From the NCBI GenBank assembly GCA_964016885.1, contig OZ024756.1, forward strand, positions 7,068,001 to 7,132,000: DNA of 64,000 bases, in the 5' to 3' direction. Below, one piece after another: positions 41,733 through 53,480 of this stretch. The notes below the pieces were generated by a model. It had not been told where the DNA came from, searched no databases, and saw only the letters and a program-made list of their open reading frames with translations. How positions within the stretch are numbered: the stretch's first letter is position 1; each line of letters begins with the position of its first letter. The position numbers and the translations under genes are program-made. This DNA is from Eledone cirrhosa (lineage: Eukaryota).

Positions 41733-42473
41733 GACACACATAGACACACACACATTCGTACACACACAGACACACACTCGTACACACACAGACACACACA
41801 CACATTCGTACACACACATACACACACACACATTCGTACACACACAGACACACACACACATTCATACACACACACATACACACACATTCGTACTCACACA
41901 CACAGACATACGCACATTCGTACACACACACACAGACACACACACATTCGTACACACACACACACAGACACACAAACATTCGCACACACACACATACACA
42001 CACACATTCGTACACACACACACACAGACACACACATACACTCGCTCAGAGACACATACACACACACACATGTACTCGCTCAGAGACACACAAAAACACA
42101 CACACATACACGCACACATTCGTACACACTCACATTGGTACATCCACATATACACACACACATTAGTACACACACACACAGACACACACATACGCTCACA
42201 TATACACACATATACATACTCACATACACATACACACATACACACATACACACACACTCACACACACATACGCACACACCCATACACACACATACACACA
42301 CATACATACCCATACACACACACACAGACATACACACATATACACTCACACACACATACACACATACACACATACATTCACATATACACATATACACACA
42401 CACACATACATACACACATACACACACATACACTCACACACAAATATATATCCATAAATAATGTATATATGTA

Positions 42474-42504
<31 letters not shown>

Positions 42505-43152
42505 ATGTGTGTGTATGAGTGTGTGTGCGTGTGTGTGTGTATGTGTGTATGCATGTGTATGTGTGTGTGTGTATGTATATGTGAGTGTACGTGTATATGT
42601 GAGTGTATGCGTGTGTGTGTGTGAGTGTATGTGCGTATGTGTGTATGTATGTATATGTGAGTGTATATGTGTATGTGTATGTGTGTGTGTGCGTGGGTAT
42701 GTATGTGTGTGTATGTATATGTATGTGTATGTGTTTATATGTATGTGTATGTATATGTGTGCGTGTGTATGTATGTGTATGTATATGTATGTGTGTGTAT
42801 GCATATGTATGTATATGTACGTGTATGTATATGTGTGTGTATGTATATGTATATGTGTGTATGTATGTGTATGTGTGTGTATGTATGTGTATGTATGTGT
42901 ATGTATATATGTGTGTATGTATATGTATATGTGTGTATGTGTATATGTATGTATATGTATGTGTGTGTATGTATGTGTATATGTATGTGTGTGTATATAT
43001 GGTGTGTATATGTATATGTGTGTATGAACTAATTTATAGCTTCTCCGCACATGAACACTCCATTCCTTATATTATCTCCATATAAACTTATAAAACAGGA
43101 TGAAGACTTCCAAAGTCGGAATAGAACTTTCCACTGACTGCGTGTGTATATG

Positions 43153-43183
<31 letters not shown>

Positions 43184-43194
43184 GTGTATATATA

Positions 43195-43225
<31 letters not shown>

Positions 43226-43238
43226 GTGTGTATATATA

Positions 43239-43335
<97 letters not shown>

Positions 43336-44104
43336 ATATATATATATATATATAAATATATATATACTAATATATATATATATATATATATATATTGTTA
43401 TATTTGGGGAGGGTCATATTTGCGTAATATTGCCAGAATTAATAACAGAACACACTCACTGTTTGGTTGGTTTTCGCTTCTCGCTGTCTTTTATATCTGC
43501 GATCTAACTTACTCGGTCCTCAATGTTGCCATTGACTGACCGACGGTCAAAAATAATACAGATACAATATAGACACAAACACATATATATAGTTTACATA
43601 ATTTACATAAATCTTTCGTTGCACATCTGCAACATCGTCAGTGGTGTTATATTCATTGTTCCTCCTGTTGTGTTGTGTCTACGCCATTTTTTTATTCAGT
43701 CTGTCTATATATTTATTTATTTATTTGCTTGTTTGTTTATCTTATTTTATTTTGTCTTCTTTGCGCATGTGTTTGCGTGTGTGTATAGTGTTATGTGTGA
43801 TGTGTGACTAGTGTGTATAGTGTTGTGTCTGCTGGGTGACTAGTGTGTGTTTATGTGCTTGTTGTTATTGTGCTTGTGTATGTATTTATTTATCTTATTT
43901 TATTTTATTTTATTTACTTATTTATACTTCTCTTAGGTCAGTGTTGTTTGTTTGGGTGTTGTTGTTGTTCCACTCATTCTTTCTGTTTAGCTTTGGTCTT
44001 CTAATTTCTATTTCACTGGCCTCTCTGATTTGGCTATCTGCTGGGTCATTCCTATGTTTAGATATTATTCTAATTTCTATGTTGTCTATGTTGAGTGAGA
44101 AATA

Positions 44105-46891
44105 GTGATAATGGCAATAATACTAGCGATAGACGGAACAACAACAACCACAATAATAATAATAATAGAAACGTTAACCACAGACAGCAACAGTGACCAC
44201 AGTAGTAATAACGGTAACAATACGAACAACAACAACAATAACCACAGTGGTAATAATGGAAATAGTACATGTAGCAACATCAACAAAAACAAGAAACATA
44301 ATAATAGTAACAACCACAATGGTAGAAATAGCAGTAACAACAACAACAATAACGGTGAAGTAAACAACAATACATCTAGCAATCATAACAATAATAATAT
44401 TAATGCTAATGATAGAAACAACAACAACCACCATGATAACAATAATAGCAACCCACACAACTATGACGATAGAAATAACGACAACCCCTTAGAGAAACTA
44501 TTTTTCAACCCAGCTGACAAAACATATAAGATGGGTAATATCTATCCTACGAGGTTACCCTTTAATAAAAGAGTTTGCATACCACAGCAAATAGATGACG
44601 AGACGGAGGCACAGTTCACCATAGCTAGAAATAAGATTAGACAAGTAGTAGACAGGTACACTATGAGACAGAGCAGACCAGAGGCCCAACAACTTGGGAT
44701 AAAACCTGTAGAAGGCTTGGTTAGCCTCAAGCAGCGCACAAGGGATGGTGAGGTAGTGTGTCTACCCACAGATAAGTCTGGTAGGATGTCAATAGATAGC
44801 ATGCCGAACTACATCGAGGCAATGCAACCCCACATCACCAACACGAGCGAAGTTGCACAACTAACACACGATGGGAGAGAAACAATCCTCAACGCTCACA
44901 TGATGATGTGGACTGACATCCTAAAGCCAAGCAGACGCACTGCCAACAACTTCCAGGCGTCTAACAATGGCATACCACCCTTGTATGGGCTCCGCAAAGA
45001 CCACAAGACAGTCGACGACCCGACAACAGGACCACCAACAAGACCCGTATGCGGAGCTAATATAGCTAGCAACTACAGGATCTCCTACTTCCTCTCAATG
45101 GTTATACGCCCCATAATCAAGATGTCCCCAGATGTATGTGAAAGTACAGAGGACCTCCTCAGCAGAATCAGTGAGTGCAACAAAAACAGGAGCCTATCCA
45201 ACTGCATAATAGGCAGCATGGATGTGGTGTCACTGTACCCATCCATTAACATTGATTTTGCTGTGAAAAGATGTGTGGAGATGATCATTGAGAGTGAGGT
45301 GGAGTTCTGCGACGTCGACACAGACGAACTGGGCCTCCTACTTAGACTTACCTACGACACTGACTACCTAGACAGCCATGACCTTAGATGTTTCTGCCCT
45401 AGTAGACCTATAAGAGGTAGACCCCCCATCATAACCTCAATGGCTAAAAAGACTCCCATAGGAAGGTGGATTGGGTGGACCAAAGCTATACGAACCCCCC
45501 AAAACACTGATCAGGTAAGAAAAATGGTCGCACATGCAATAGGGGCTAGTATCAAAACAACCCTAAAGGGCCACATATTTAAGTTCAATGAGAAAATCTA
45601 CACCCAAAATGAGGGAGCAGCCATCGGCGTCAGCATAGCTGGTGATGTTGCCAACCTTTTCATGGTATGGTGGGAAAGGAGACTTAAAGATCTCCTTAAT
45701 GAAAGCTCCATAGACCTCATCATGTACTCTCGTTATGTAGACGATATCAATATAGTTATAAGAACACCCCCACTAGAGAGCACTAACAAGTTTGATTTAG
45801 AACGTAGCACGATGGAAAGCATCCAGCAGATAGCTAATTCCATACACCAGAGTATAACTGTAACTATAAACTTCCCTTCCAAACACCCTAACAATAGACT
45901 ACCTGTATTAGACACAGAACTCTGGATTAACACTATAGACGAGAGAGCCCAAATTCTCCACTCACACTATGCTAAACCCATGGCCTCCAAATACCTGATA
46001 CTCAAAAACTCAGCAATGTCCAGTAGTGCTAAGTTTAATATTCTGATCGCAGATTTGGTACGAGTGATGAAGAATGTGTCCAGCATGTGCGACCCAACAG
46101 AAATGGAAGGACACATCCAACACTTCATCAACCGCATGCAGTTCTCTGGCTACAACCAAAGAGACAGAGTCAGAGTATACGAAGGAGCCATGGAAAAGTA
46201 TAAGACCCTCATAGAACTGGACATGAAAGGAATTTGCCCATTATACAGGAGCAAATCATGGAATAGCTTAGATAGCGCTAGACATAAGATAGGGAAGGCC
46301 ACATCATGGTACGATAACCAGAGATATCACAGTGTCATGTTTGTGGACGCCACCCCTGGAGGGAAATTAGCTAACCAGTGTAGAAAGGCCCTGGGAAAGA
46401 CCCACTTAAAAATAAAGGTGGTAGAAAAGCCAGGAACCACCATAAAATCCCTGATCAGCAAAACCTACCCTTTTAAGAAAACTCACTGTACCAATAGGAA
46501 ATGTATCATATGTAAGGTGAACCCCCGGATAAACTGTAAAACTAGAAACGTAGTCTATAGCATAAGATGTACAGAGGGTACTTGCAGAAACATGACAACA
46601 ACATACATAGGTGAGACAGCTCGTAGCATAGGTGAAAGGATAGACCAACACTGGGGGGAACTAAAAGGACGAAAAAACGGGTCAGTACTATACGAACATG
46701 CTAGACAACAACATGACGGTAACATAGACAACATAGAAATTAGAATAATATCTAAACATAGGAATAACCCAGCAGATAGGCAAATCAGAGAGGCCAGTGA
46801 AATAGAAATTAGAAGACCAAAGCTAAACAGAAAGAATGAGTGGAACAACAACAACACCCAAACAAACAACACTGACCTAAGAGAAGTATAA
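44105..46891 (+). CDS. Penelope-like RT plus GIY-YIG endonuclease, with Asn/Thr-rich N-terminus
   Basis: PTDKSG, LYGLRKDHK, PTRPVCG, SMDVVSLYPSI, FKFNEKIYTQNEGAAIG, YSRYVDDI, LPVLD; Cys linker CTNRKCIIC..C; VVYSIRC...YIGETARSIGERIDQH..REASEI..LN. The true start codon is uncertain. Confidence 0.93.
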   Translation: MIMAIILAIDGTTTTTIIIIIETLTTDSNSDHSSNNGNNTNNNNNNHSGNNGNSTCSNINKNKKHNNSNNHNGRNSSNNNNNNGEVNNNTSSNHNNNNINANDRNNNNHHDNNNSNPHNYDDRNNDNPLEKLFFNPADKTYKMGNIYPTRLPFNKRVCIPQQIDDETEAQFTIARNKIRQVVDRYTMRQSRPEAQQLGIKPVEGLVSLKQRTRDGEVVCLPTDKSGRMSIDSMPNYIEAMQPHITNTSEVAQLTHDGRETILNAHMMMWTDILKPSRRTANNFQASNNGIPPLYGLRKDHKTVDDPTTGPPTRPVCGANIASNYRISYFLSMVIRPIIKMSPDVCESTEDLLSRISECNKNRSLSNCIIGSMDVVSLYPSINIDFAVKRCVEMIIESEVEFCDVDTDELGLLLRLTYDTDYLDSHDLRCFCPSRPIRGRPPIITSMAKKTPIGRWIGWTKAIRTPQNTDQVRKMVAHAIGASIKTTLKGHIFKFNEKIYTQNEGAAIGVSIAGDVANLFMVWWERRLKDLLNESSIDLIMYSRYVDDINIVIRTPPLESTNKFDLERSTMESIQQIANSIHQSITVTINFPSKHPNNRLPVLDTELWINTIDERAQILHSHYAKPMASKYLILKNSAMSSSAKFNILIADLVRVMKNVSSMCDPTEMEGHIQHFINRMQFSGYNQRDRVRVYEGAMEKYKTLIELDMKGICPLYRSKSWNSLDSARHKIGKATSWYDNQRYHSVMFVDATPGGKLANQCRKALGKTHLKIKVVEKPGTTIKSLISKTYPFKKTHCTNRKCIICKVNPRINCKTRNVVYSIRCTEGTCRNMTTTYIGETARSIGERIDQHWGELKGRKNGSVLYEHARQQHDGNIDNIEIRIISKHRNNPADRQIREASEIEIRRPKLNRKNEWNNNNTQTNNTDLREV

Positions 46892-47167
46892 ATAAGTAAA
46901 TAAAATTAAATAAAATAAGATAAATAAATACATGCACAAGCACAATAACAACAAGCACATAAACACACACTAGTCACCCAGGAGACACAACACTATACAC
47001 ACTAGTCACACATCACACATAACACTATACACACACGCAAACGCATGCGCAAAGAAGACACAATAAAATAAGATAAACAAACAAGCAAATAAATAAATAA
47101 ATATATAGACAGACTGAACAAAAAAATGGCGTAGACATACAACACAACAGGAGGAACAATGAATATA

Positions 47168-47212
47168 ACACCACTGACGATGTTGCAGATGTGCAACGAA
47201 AGATTTATGTAA
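47168..47212 (+). ncRNA. Hammerhead core in the PLE pseudo-LTR (mirror copy ~43600-43645, minus)
   Basis: CTGACGA-T-GTTGCA gatg TGCAAC-GAAA-GAT-TTA. Core and stem II are clear; stem I is weak. Confidence 0.6.
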
Positions 47213-47521
47213 ATTATGTAAACTATATATATGTGTTTGTGTCTATATTGTATCTGTATTATTTTTGACCGTCGGTCAGTCAATGGCAACATTGAGGACC
47301 GAGTAAGTTAGATCGCAGATATAAAAGACAGCGAGAAGCGAAAACCAACCAAACAGTGAGTGTGTTCTGTTATTAATTCTGGCAATATTACGCAAATATG
47401 ACCCTCCCCAAATATAACAATATCTGTTTCGACACACGATTTCATATAAAAAACTTCGCAAAACTATATATATATAAATATATGTATATATATATATGTA
47501 GATATATATATATAAATATAA

Positions 47522-47564
<43 letters not shown>

Positions 47565-47587
47565 GATATATATATATATATATATAA

Positions 47588-47618
<31 letters not shown>

Positions 47619-47634
47619 AATATATATATGTATA

Positions 47635-47677
<43 letters not shown>

Positions 47678-47681
47678 GTAG

Positions 47682-47712
<31 letters not shown>

Positions 47713-47785
47713 CACACATATATATATATACACATATATATATATATATATACACATATATATATATTCACATATATATATATAC

Positions 47786-47836
<51 letters not shown>

Positions 47837-48143
47837 CATATATATAAATGTTTATATATGTATATATATATACTTATATATATATACACATATATATATA
47901 TATACATATATATATACATGTATATATATATATGTATATATATCTACATATATATATATATATACATGTATATATATATATATATATCTACATATCTACA
48001 TATATATATATACATGTATATATATATATATATCTACATATATATATATAGGTATATATATATATGTATATATATATATATGTAGATATATATATATATG
48101 TATATATATATATTTAGATATATATATATATATATATATCTAT

Positions 48144-49586
48144 CTAAGGCGGGTAAAATTCCCGAGATCCATGGACGAGTTCTCTCCAGCGGTCTCTGTC
48201 CCTCATTATCGCTGCCATATCCTGCATCTCCAACAGACCAGTGTCTGTCCTTAGGGCATCAACATATGTTAACCTTGGTCTTTCTCTTCTAGTGTGTCCA
48301 TGTAGGGGCTCCCAAAGGAGCACTGAGTGCAATGTCAACTCTGGATGTCGGTGAGCATGTCCAGCCAACCTCAGTCTCCTCTGTGTCACTTTTGAGCTGA
48401 CTTTTGGGATGCTCCCATACAGCTCTGAGTTTTTCATCCTCAGTGTATACTGATTAATGTTCAGAGCCATCCTCAGCATTCTCGTGTAGCACCCATCCAC
48501 CATCTGAGTGAGTCTCTTGGTCAGTGTCCAAGTCTCAGACCCATACAGCAGCACAGACTCCACTACAGCAATGAAGAGGCGGATTTTCAGGTCTCTACGA
48601 AGGTCCGACTTCCACACCGATCTCAAGCTGTGACACGCCGCCCAGGCCTTGCTCTTCCTCCCAACCACATCATCTTCCGTATTCCCAATCTTTGCTCCCA
48701 AATACAGGAAGTCCTCAACCAATTCCAGCGGCTTCCCGCCTACATTAGTGATCCCCTCTGGCTTCTCAACATTCTCCACCAGATATTTTGTTTTAGTCTC
48801 ATTCATTCTCAGCCCCACACTCATCGACACAGTCTCAACCTCCCGCATCAAATCCTCTGCCTCCTTCACTGTATTTGTCACCAAAACTATGTCGTCGGCA
48901 AATTCAGCATCCGATACCTTTTTCGCCCCAACTCTCCTGCTCTGAGCCGGTGCTACAGTAAAGCCAGTGTCCTGGTATTTCTCCAGTGCAAGGCGCATAC
49001 AATAGTCCACTACGATGATAAAAAGGTAGGGAGCCAATGTATCTCCCTGGAGCACTCCAGCCAGTATCTCAAAGAACTCTGTCATCCCATCAGGTGTAAT
49101 GACTTGGGCTTTGGTGTTGGTGTAGAGCAGTGATATCAGGTCCACTATCCTCTTGGGGATTCCATAAGCCTGTAAGATCTTCATGAGGCAGTAACGGTCC
49201 ACAGAATCAAAGGCCTTCCTAAAGTCAATGAAAACCATGACCGCAGGAAGGCACTTTGCTCTAGCTCCCTCTAATATCCTCCTCAGCATCAGGATGTGAC
49301 TGGTGGTTGATCTACCCTCTCTGAAGCCGTTCTGGTTGTCCCTGAGCTTCTTCTCCATCTCAGGCTGGATCCTGTTAAGAATCATCCTGTTGAGGGTCTT
49401 TGCCACAAGTGACGTCAGTGAGATCCCCCGGTAGTTGTTGGTGTTAGAGAGATCTCCCTTCTTTGGCACTGGGACGATGTTACTGATCCACCACTGATTC
49501 GGAGCAACTCCTTTCTCCAGTGCCCCGTTACAGAACCCCAGGACGATATCATCAAAATCACACCTCTTCATCACCTCTGATGCCAC
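48144..49586 (-). CDS. RTE reverse transcriptase half of frameshifted ORF
   Basis: 480-aa ORF. Its frame continues upstream as TEPFTREELQRAKKKIKEGKAHGEDG. Confidence 0.8.
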   Translation of the reverse strand: MASEVMKRCDFDDIVLGFCNGALEKGVAPNQWWISNIVPVPKKGDLSNTNNYRGISLTSLVAKTLNRMILNRIQPEMEKKLRDNQNGFREGRSTTSHILMLRRILEGARAKCLPAVMVFIDFRKAFDSVDRYCLMKILQAYGIPKRIVDLISLLYTNTKAQVITPDGMTEFFEILAGVLQGDTLAPYLFIIVVDYCMRLALEKYQDTGFTVAPAQSRRVGAKKVSDAEFADDIVLVTNTVKEAEDLMREVETVSMSVGLRMNETKTKYLVENVEKPEGITNVGGKPLELVEDFLYLGAKIGNTEDDVVGRKSKAWAACHSLRSVWKSDLRRDLKIRLFIAVVESVLLYGSETWTLTKRLTQMVDGCYTRMLRMALNINQYTLRMKNSELYGSIPKVSSKVTQRRLRLAGHAHRHPELTLHSVLLWEPLHGHTRRERPRLTYVDALRTDTGLLEMQDMAAIMRDRDRWRELVHGSREFYPP

Positions 49587-51277
49587 TCCATCCTCTCCAT
49601 GAGCCTTGCCCTCCTTGATCTTCTTCTTGGCTCTCTGAAGCTCCTCTCTGGTGAAGGGCTCTGTCTCACATCCAGTTCCTCAAACAGCCGCCTGATCTCC
49701 CCACTGCTCTGGGCTGTGGAGGGTGGCTCTCCTAGTAGGGTCCTAAAATGGTCTAGCCATTTCCTCTTCCTATCCTCGGGCCCCGTTCCCTGGATCTGAC
49801 TCGAACACCTTTTCTTCCTCCCTGTGATCTCGTTGATGATCATCCAGCTCTCCTTACATCCAGATCTGTCAACCGCTCTCTCCACACTTCTGATCTTCTC
49901 TATCAGTGCCTCCTCTCTGACCTCAGTGTAAGCGGTACAGAGCTCTTCCCTCATCACCTCCACAGTCTCCATCCTCTCCTCCGTAGGATCAGCATAGAAT
50001 TGGTCCCTGGCAGCTTTCAGGTGTTCTCTGACTGCACACACTTTTGGGTTTGCAGAGCTGACGTGCTTCCCTTTGTTCTTTTTCCTCGGCACCAGGGTTT
50101 CACTTGCTTTCGCCACTGCATTGGTGAAGTGCCCGTACATCCTCGTCACACTCTCCTCAGTCCATCCAATCTCTCTCTCCTCTGACTCTCCACACAGAGC
50201 ACTAAACCTGTTTCTCACTTCCACTGTGAACCTCTCCTGTAGCTTATCATCTTCCTTGAAAGCTCCCCAGTCATAGATTGTTCTCCGGGGCTGAGCCTTG
50301 CTCTTTCTTAAGCTCACGCGGACCTCACTCATAACAAGCCGGTGGTCACTACCCAGTGTACTGAAATAGCTGTATGGTTCCGTGTTCAGAACACTATTCC
50401 GCCACTTTTTCCTCACCAGAATGAAATCAATCTGGGACTTGGACAGGTGCTTATCTGAGATGTAGGTCCACATCTTCCCCAGATTCTTCCTAAACCTTAG
50501 GTTGGTTGCCATCAAGTTAGCCTCCAGCAGGGTGTCTCTCAGTAGTCTTCCATTTCGGTTGGAGTTGTTATGGAAGTACCAGCAAGGATCTTCACTGCCC
50601 TCCTTACTCAGATGTGCATTGAAGTCCCCCAAAACAAGCAGGATATTGTGTGCCTGAGTGGTGTTGACAGCCCCACACACCTCCTCATGGAACTCCTCGG
50701 CATTCACATCACTGTCCCCCTCGGTTGGACTATAGGCTGAGATGACTGTCAGTCTTGGGTTTCCATTGAAGGTCACCATCAACACTCGCGGGGAGATAGG
50801 CATTATTTCCCTCACCAACAGATTGGTTTTTGCACTGAACACAAAACCCACTCCTCCTACTGCAGCATTTGTTGTGTTCTTCACTGCCGATGTAGTGATG
50901 AGCTGGCTCTTCCTCCCGATCATCACACTCCTCACGGGCTCATCGTGTAGAATCCTGTGTTCTTGGATCGCAAGTATCTGTATACCACTCTCCTCGAACA
51001 GATGTCCCAACTCCTCTCTCTTCTCCAGCGTTCGAATAGTCCTCACATTCAAAGTGCCCATTTTGATGGCTCTTCTGCAGGACAAAACTGAATTCTTTAT
51101 ATTTGTCTCAGAGACAGCTGATCCATCATCCACTGGCCCTCTCTGTGGCTCTAAGCCAGCAGAGTCATAACGACCAGGCTGCTCCTTGACAGTGTAATTA
51201 GGGGCTCTAACCCTAGTGCTGTTAGATCGACTCTCCATATTTCTTTTCAATGGCTGACAATACCTTACCGGCGCCAC
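49571..51277 (-). CDS. RTE APE-endonuclease half of frameshifted ORF
   Basis: 568-aa ORF with APE motifs; the last ~30 aa are out of frame. Confidence 0.8.
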   Translation of the reverse strand: MAPVRYCQPLKRNMESRSNSTRVRAPNYTVKEQPGRYDSAGLEPQRGPVDDGSAVSETNIKNSVLSCRRAIKMGTLNVRTIRTLEKREELGHLFEESGIQILAIQEHRILHDEPVRSVMIGRKSQLITTSAVKNTTNAAVGGVGFVFSAKTNLLVREIMPISPRVLMVTFNGNPRLTVISAYSPTEGDSDVNAEEFHEEVCGAVNTTQAHNILLVLGDFNAHLSKEGSEDPCWYFHNNSNRNGRLLRDTLLEANLMATNLRFRKNLGKMWTYISDKHLSKSQIDFILVRKKWRNSVLNTEPYSYFSTLGSDHRLVMSEVRVSLRKSKAQPRRTIYDWGAFKEDDKLQERFTVEVRNRFSALCGESEEREIGWTEESVTRMYGHFTNAVAKASETLVPRKKNKGKHVSSANPKVCAVREHLKAARDQFYADPTEERMETVEVMREELCTAYTEVREEALIEKIRSVERAVDRSGCKESWMIINEITGRKKRCSSQIQGTGPEDRKRKWLDHFRTLLGEPPSTAQSSGEIRRLFEELDVRQSPSPERSFREPRRRSRRARLMERMEWHQR

Positions 51278-51479
51278 TCGAATAAGGTAGTTATTTAACC
51301 CATAAATGAAGCCCTAACAGGTACTACCACCCCGGGCCAGGGCAGACCTGGGAGTCATGACAACTAAGGGGTAACTCCACATTCCCCACATCTCCTGAAC
51401 TCCCGAACTGGAGCCTTGCCACTGGATGTAGTTTAATGTCATACCCAGGACATATATGTATATATATATATGTAGATAT

Positions 51480-51582
<103 letters not shown>

Positions 51583-51583
51583 A

Positions 51584-51616
<33 letters not shown>

Positions 51617-51628
51617 AATATATATATA

Positions 51629-51694
<66 letters not shown>

Positions 51695-51732
51695 AATATA
51701 TATATAAATATATATATATAAATATATATATA

Positions 51733-51902
<170 letters not shown>

Positions 51903-51904
51903 GA

Positions 51905-51956
<52 letters not shown>

Positions 51957-51958
51957 GG

Positions 51959-52021
<63 letters not shown>

Positions 52022-52229
52022 TATAGATAGTCAAAATGGCGATCATTTGTAGGTTAATACTTATATGACAGTGCAGCCTCAGCATGGTTTTCGGAGTCAA
52101 CTGACTGGAACCAGCAATAACATTAAAATAGAATATCTGGTCTTTATGACAATTGACAGAATCTCTACAACACTTGATAGAGAAACTTAATGTTGGGATT
52201 ACGTGTGTTACATTGTAGTATAGTGTACT

Positions 52230-52990
52230 GATGGTGATGGTGATGATGGCATTAAACATGGTGGTGGTGGTGATGGTGATGATGGCATTAAACATAATGG
52301 TGGTGGTGGTGTTGAACGTGGTGTTGCTGGTGTTGAACGTCATGGTGATGATGGTGATGATGGCATTAAACATGACGGTGTGGTGTTGAACGTGGTGTTG
52401 CTGGTATTGAACGTGATGGTGGTGATGGGGGGGGGTATATAACGCGATGATGGTGGTGGCGAGTGATGGAGATGCGGCTGGGGGTATTGAACGTGATGGT
52501 GGTGATGGGGGGGGGGGGTATATAACGCGATGATGGTGGTGGCGAGTGATGGAGATGCGGGTGGGGGTATTGAACGTGATGGTGGAGATGGGGCGCGGGT
52601 ATTGAACGTGATGATGGTGGTGGTGGTGGTGGTGGTGATGGGGGGGGGGTGTATTGAACGTGATGATAGTGGTGGTGGTGGTGGTGGTGGTGATGGGGGG
52701 GGGGGTGTATTGAACGTGATGATGGTGCTGGTGGTGGTGGTGATGGTGGTGGTGGTATTGAAAGTGATGGTAGTGACGGGGGTGGTGGTATTGAATGTGA
52801 TGATGGTGGTGGTGGTGGTGGTGATGGTGTTGGTGGTATTGAACGTGATGGTGGTGATGGGGGGGGGGTTAACGTGATGATGGTGATGGTGGTGGTGGTA
52901 TTGAACCTGATGTGGTGATGGGGGGGGGGGGTATTGAACGTGATGATGGTGTTGGTGGTGGTGGTGATGGTGTTGGTGGTGGTGGTGTTC
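52230..52990. repeat. G-rich degenerate minisatellite (gtattgaacgtgatg(gtg)n, poly-G)
   Basis: Direct reading of the sequence. Confidence 0.8.
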
Positions 52991-53374
52991 TATTGTTGTT
53001 GCTGTTGTTGTTGGTGGAGGTTCTGTGTTACGGCTACTCTTATATTGAACGTGACGTTGGTGATAGAGTGGTATTGTTGTTGTTGTTGTTGTTGTTACTG
53101 GTTGCGTTGTTGTTGTTAATGTTACAACTCTTCCCGATGAACATGACTGTTGTTGTTGTTAGTTGCTAACTTTCTAGAACACCCCTCAGTCACATTGACC
53201 TGGCTTTCTTCTTATTTCCTGTTGTTTACAGCCGAGTATTTAGCTGCGGGTTATAATGGTATAGTTGAGTTAGAGAGGCTGAGGGAGAGAGGGGGAAGAA
53301 AGTAAGAGGATGGGGGGGGGGAGAGGGATGGAGAGACGAAGTGATATAGAGAAAGAAGTGACCCCAGCACTGGA

Positions 53375-53480
53375 CTGGTTCTTTTTTTAGTGACCTCAGC
53401 TGGATTTGAACTCAGAGAGCAGAGAGTCGCAACAAATAACGCAAAGTATTCTATCTGACGTTCTAACCACTCCACCATTC
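53375..53480 (-). mobile_element. SINE remnant whose 5' end merges into the satellite
   Basis: Reverse strand: gaatggtggagtggttagaacgtcagatagaatactttgcg...ctgagttcaaatccagctgaggtcac. Confidence 0.75.

Larger units (their letters stand above)
43392..47466 (+). mobile_element. Penelope-like element (Neptune-like) with inverted 5' pseudo-LTR and ~43-bp 3' extension, inserted in (TA)n
   Basis: 43392-44092 is the reverse complement of 46721-47423 with few mismatches. The intact ORF lies between. 47424-47466 is present only on the 3' side. (TA)n flanks both ends. Confidence 0.92.
48144..51450 (-). mobile_element. Near full-length RTE-clade LINE inserted in (TA)n; one frameshift at ~49667
   Basis: APE domain (GTLNVRT, LAIQEHR, SAYSPT, LGDFNA, QIDFIL, SDHRLV) in ORF 49571-51277 and RT ([41 protein letters not shown]) in ORF 48144-49586. 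~170 bp 5' UTR. Confidence 0.93.

Noticed and set aside
43836-44105. Hydrophobic ORF upstream of the PLE ORF
   Set aside because: Antisense translation of the inverted copy of the GIY-YIG end
51280-51450. HDV-like ribozyme in the RTE 5' UTR
   Set aside because: Known for some RTEs, but I could not trace the nested double pseudoknot by eye; needs a descriptor search
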